Assembly: GCA_963656725.1 (NCBI GenBank)
Contig: CAVKKI010000001.1
Span: 1 to 50,134, forward strand
Direction: 5' to 3'
Length of the DNA stretch: 50,134 nt
Source: Oribacterium sp.
GTDB taxonomy: Bacteria; Bacteroidota; Bacteroidia; Bacteroidales; Bacteroidaceae
Each line of letters starts with the position of its first letter. Within the stretch, counting starts at the first letter, position 1. A program made the position numbers and the translations under genes. Of the stretch, positions 47,300 to 50,134 are shown piece after piece. Below the pieces are notes generated by a model. It was not told where the DNA came from. It saw only the letters and a list, made by a program, of their open reading frames with translations, and did no database searches.

Positions 47300-48976
47300 T
47301 TATTTCGTAGCCTCGGGAATCAAATATTTCGTGCCCGTATTTTCAATAATCACGTCCTTATATTTCTCGGGATATCCAGGGCGAATCACACGCTCGCCCA
47401 ATCCATCGGGCGTGAGTTGAAATTTGCCGTCTTTCTCAGGCTTAACAGCTTGGTCATTGTATTTCACAATTAGATATTCGCCCAATTTCTTCCATCGCTC
47501 TAACATCAGTGTGGCGCAATTTGAGGAATAATCTGTTAGGAAACTAATGGCGCGAGCTTGGTCTTCTTTAAGTAGGGCTACTGCCTTGCTCTCTACTTTT
47601 TCTTGTTGATTTATGAAATGCGATTCAAGTTCTTTGCGAACCTTCTCAACACTTGGAAAGAGTTGGCTGTAACGAGGATAAGTCATGTTCGATACCCAAT
47701 TCTCCACCCAAAAAGCAGAATTCCACGAAAAAGTTACGTCGTTCGCATCCTTGGGATTATAGCAGTTAGGAACTTGGGTAGCAGAGCAATATACGGGGGT
47801 ATAGACAACCATGTTGGGTTCATCATTACCGAACCATAGAACACCACCCACGGCATTAGGCATGAAATCGCGAAGCTGTATGACGTAAGTACCTCCCGTT
47901 TGCTGTGTGGAGATTGGGCGTTCGTTAAAATATTTCTTTCCCTTGTGTTCCCATACCAAAGGAGTGGGTCTATAAGGAGTTTCATACATACCAGCACCCG
48001 CATCGTTGGTCACGTCAAATGGGGTGCCTTCGTAGTGGTCGCGCATAGAATTCATTACGTCTTGCAATGAAAGTTTCTGCTTAGGAACGAAATAAAGAGG
48101 CATAGGGTCGGTTTTTCCAATGTGTTTCCCATCTACTGCATCTAAGTATTTTTCCATTCCATCAACCCACTTATTAAAGAAACTCCACACTCGAGTTTCG
48201 CAGAAACGAATAGCACTAAAATCAGCGGGCGCATAAGCATCGGCAAAAGAAAAATCGGCATCTTTTCCTGTGAAATAGCCTTTTTTTCGAGCAAAGCTAA
48301 TTACGTCTTTTGAATACATCACGTTTTTCTTGTCATTCCGATTAAACTGATGGATGCGGCTTTGGTTGGCATGGCAGGCTATGCAATCGTCTGGGATGCG
48401 AACAGCTACCCAAACCGTGCCTTTTTCAGCAGATCCTTTGCCTATCATTTCCAAAATCCAAACTTCATTGGGGTCGGCAACGGAAAAACTTTCGCCTTCA
48501 GATGCGTAACCATATTTCTGTACCAAGGAGGTCATCACTGCGATGGCTTCACGTGCTGTTTTCGAACGTTGCAGGGCAATGGTCATCAAACTGACGTAGT
48601 CGATGGTTCCTGTTGTATCTACCAATTCCTCTCGTCCACCAAAGGTGGTTTCCGTTATGCCCACTTGGTATTCATTAATATATCCCATCACAGCATAAGT
48701 TTGTGCTGCTTCAGGGATGGCACCCAAATGATGATTGGTGTCGCCATCTACAATTTCTCGCATTTCGCCTGTAGCATGACGTGCTGCAGGGAGGTAATGA
48801 AGACGGCCAAATAAACCGTAATCATCTTGATTATAGGTAATGAATGCAGAGCCGTCTTTTGAGGCTTTCTTTCCAACGAGGAAACTGGTGCAAGCCCGAC
48901 CTTCAAAATTATTTAGAAGGAAAGCTAAACAAAGACAAAGCAATGAAACGAGGTTACGTTGATTTATAATTGACAT
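47300..48976 (-). CDS. C69 family dipeptidase (Ntn hydrolase)
   Basis: Signal peptide followed by the CTSFLVGK nucleophile; NEYQV, ALQRSKTAREAI, ERPIS. Confidence 0.92.
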   Translation of the reverse strand: MSIINQRNLVSLLCLCLAFLLNNFEGRACTSFLVGKKASKDGSAFITYNQDDYGLFGRLHYLPAARHATGEMREIVDGDTNHHLGAIPEAAQTYAVMGYINEYQVGITETTFGGREELVDTTGTIDYVSLMTIALQRSKTAREAIAVMTSLVQKYGYASEGESFSVADPNEVWILEMIGKGSAEKGTVWVAVRIPDDCIACHANQSRIHQFNRNDKKNVMYSKDVISFARKKGYFTGKDADFSFADAYAPADFSAIRFCETRVWSFFNKWVDGMEKYLDAVDGKHIGKTDPMPLYFVPKQKLSLQDVMNSMRDHYEGTPFDVTNDAGAGMYETPYRPTPLVWEHKGKKYFNERPISTQQTGGTYVIQLRDFMPNAVGGVLWFGNDEPNMVVYTPVYCSATQVPNCYNPKDANDVTFSWNSAFWVENWVSNMTYPRYSQLFPSVEKVRKELESHFINQQEKVESKAVALLKEDQARAISFLTDYSSNCATLMLERWKKLGEYLIVKYNDQAVKPEKDGKFQLTPDGLGERVIRPGYPEKYKDVIIENTGTKYLIPEATK

Positions 48977-48993
48977 AAGGGAGAGAAGCTAAA

Positions 48994-49044
48994 GGGAAAT
49001 GAAGGGTTGCCTGATTTCTTCTGGTCAACCGCACTTCATTTCCC
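48994..49044 (-). terminator. Hairpin between nadC and the C69 gene (weak terminator or attenuator)
   Basis: GGGAAATGAAG/CTTCATTTCCC stem with only a short U tail. Confidence 0.45.
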
Positions 49045-49086
49045 GTATGATTATTCGTTTGTTCTAGAATAAATAATAAGGAGTGA

Positions 49087-49935
49087 TTAACATGCCTTAA
49101 ACGACATATCCAATCCCTTCACAGAGTGAGTAAGTGCGCCAACTGAAATGAAATCAACGCCACACTCTGCATAATCGCGTAAGGTGTCGTAGGTGATGCC
49201 TCCGCTCGATTCGGTTTCGAATTTGTGATTGATAAGTTCTACGGCCTTGCGAGTGTCTTCTACCGAGAAATTATCTAGCATAATACGGTCGGCTCCACCA
49301 TGTGCCATAACCTGCTTGATTTCATCGAAACTGCGGCATTCAATTTCTACTTTGAGATGTAAGCCTTTCTCTTTCTGATAAGCTGCACAGCGGTCGAGGG
49401 CTGCAGCTATACCTCCTGCGAAATCCACGTGATTATCTTTAAGTAAAATCATGTCGAACAGACCGATGCGATGATTGCAACCTCCGCCAATCTTTACCGC
49501 TTCTTTTTCAAGCATACGCATTCCAGGAGTTGTTTTACGAGTGTCGAGTACGCGAGTGCTTGTTCCTTCAAGACGGGCTACATACTTTGCGGTCATAGTG
49601 GCAATTCCGCTCATGCGTTGCATCACGTTAAGCATTAAACGCTCAGTCTGCAAAAGCGAACGAATTTTACCCGTAACAATCATAGGTACGTCACCTGGCT
49701 TTACTTTGTCACCATCGTTCATAAATTGTTCAACCTGTAGGCTGGGGTCAAAACGATGGAATATTTCTTTGGCTATGCGCATGCCAGCTAAAACGCCCTC
49801 TTCTTTAATTAGTAGGCGTTGCTTTCCCATAGCATCCTCAGGAATGCAACATAATGTGGTATGGTCGCCATCACCAATATCTTCAGAAAATGCTAAATCG
49901 ATAAGTTTGTCATTTAGTTCGTCTACAGTATACAT
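49087..49935 (-). CDS. nadC: Nicotinate-nucleotide diphosphorylase (quinolinate phosphoribosyltransferase)
   Basis: DTRKTTPG, HRIGLFD, LKDNH, IMLDNF, SSGGI, ISVGALTHS; -7 element TAACTTTG at 50018-50025. Confidence 0.97.
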   Translation of the reverse strand: MYTVDELNDKLIDLAFSEDIGDGDHTTLCCIPEDAMGKQRLLIKEEGVLAGMRIAKEIFHRFDPSLQVEQFMNDGDKVKPGDVPMIVTGKIRSLLQTERLMLNVMQRMSGIATMTAKYVARLEGTSTRVLDTRKTTPGMRMLEKEAVKIGGGCNHRIGLFDMILLKDNHVDFAGGIAAALDRCAAYQKEKGLHLKVEIECRSFDEIKQVMAHGGADRIMLDNFSVEDTRKAVELINHKFETESSGGITYDTLRDYAECGVDFISVGALTHSVKGLDMSFKAC

Positions 49936-50134
49936 GCTTATATTGTTTTATTTTGATTTCTAATGTTTATTCAATTTGGTTCAATCTAAGAACAACTCAT
50001 TTCAATTTTAAGCTTGACAAAGTTACACTATTTTTTTAACCTACGCTTTTTTTGTATCGTAATTTAGTGTAATTGGTTGTTCTAAGCACTCGCTCCGTGG
50101 CGCAAACGAAAGGCGATTGTAGACGATAAATGCA

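Overview
A 50-kb window of a Bacteroidales chromosome, probably Prevotellaceae (inferred from TAnnTTTG promoters, A-rich start regions without a Shine-Dalgarno, and the gene content). It is mostly housekeeping: marC, S41 peptidase, dedA, gldH, ricT, holB, corA, a heavy-metal RND efflux operon, an SF1 helicase, recQ, recJ, tRNA-Pro(CGG), xth, sppA-lpxK-PNP, tilS, radical SAM, S8 protease, a nuclease, a thioredoxin-like protein, C69 dipeptidase and nadC. A small accessory patch at about 42.4-47.3 kb holds an AAA_14/DUF4143 ATPase, a SAM methyltransferase, an AbiEi/AbiEii pair and a MITE-like palindrome. The best leads are two candidate metal-sensing leader systems. (1) A secreted His/Cys-rich ORF ending in an RGPP arrest-like motif, whose last codons can base-pair with the start region of the downstream efflux operon. 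(2) A 10-codon acidic uORF (MDDYHAETNV) in the long corA leader. The window also carries a modular palindromic element (REPIN-like doublet, long inverted repeat and phased array) present twice, several arrays with 21-22 bp spacing, and a cysteine-free GH127-like pseudoenzyme. All family assignments come from motif recognition by eye; no database searches were run.
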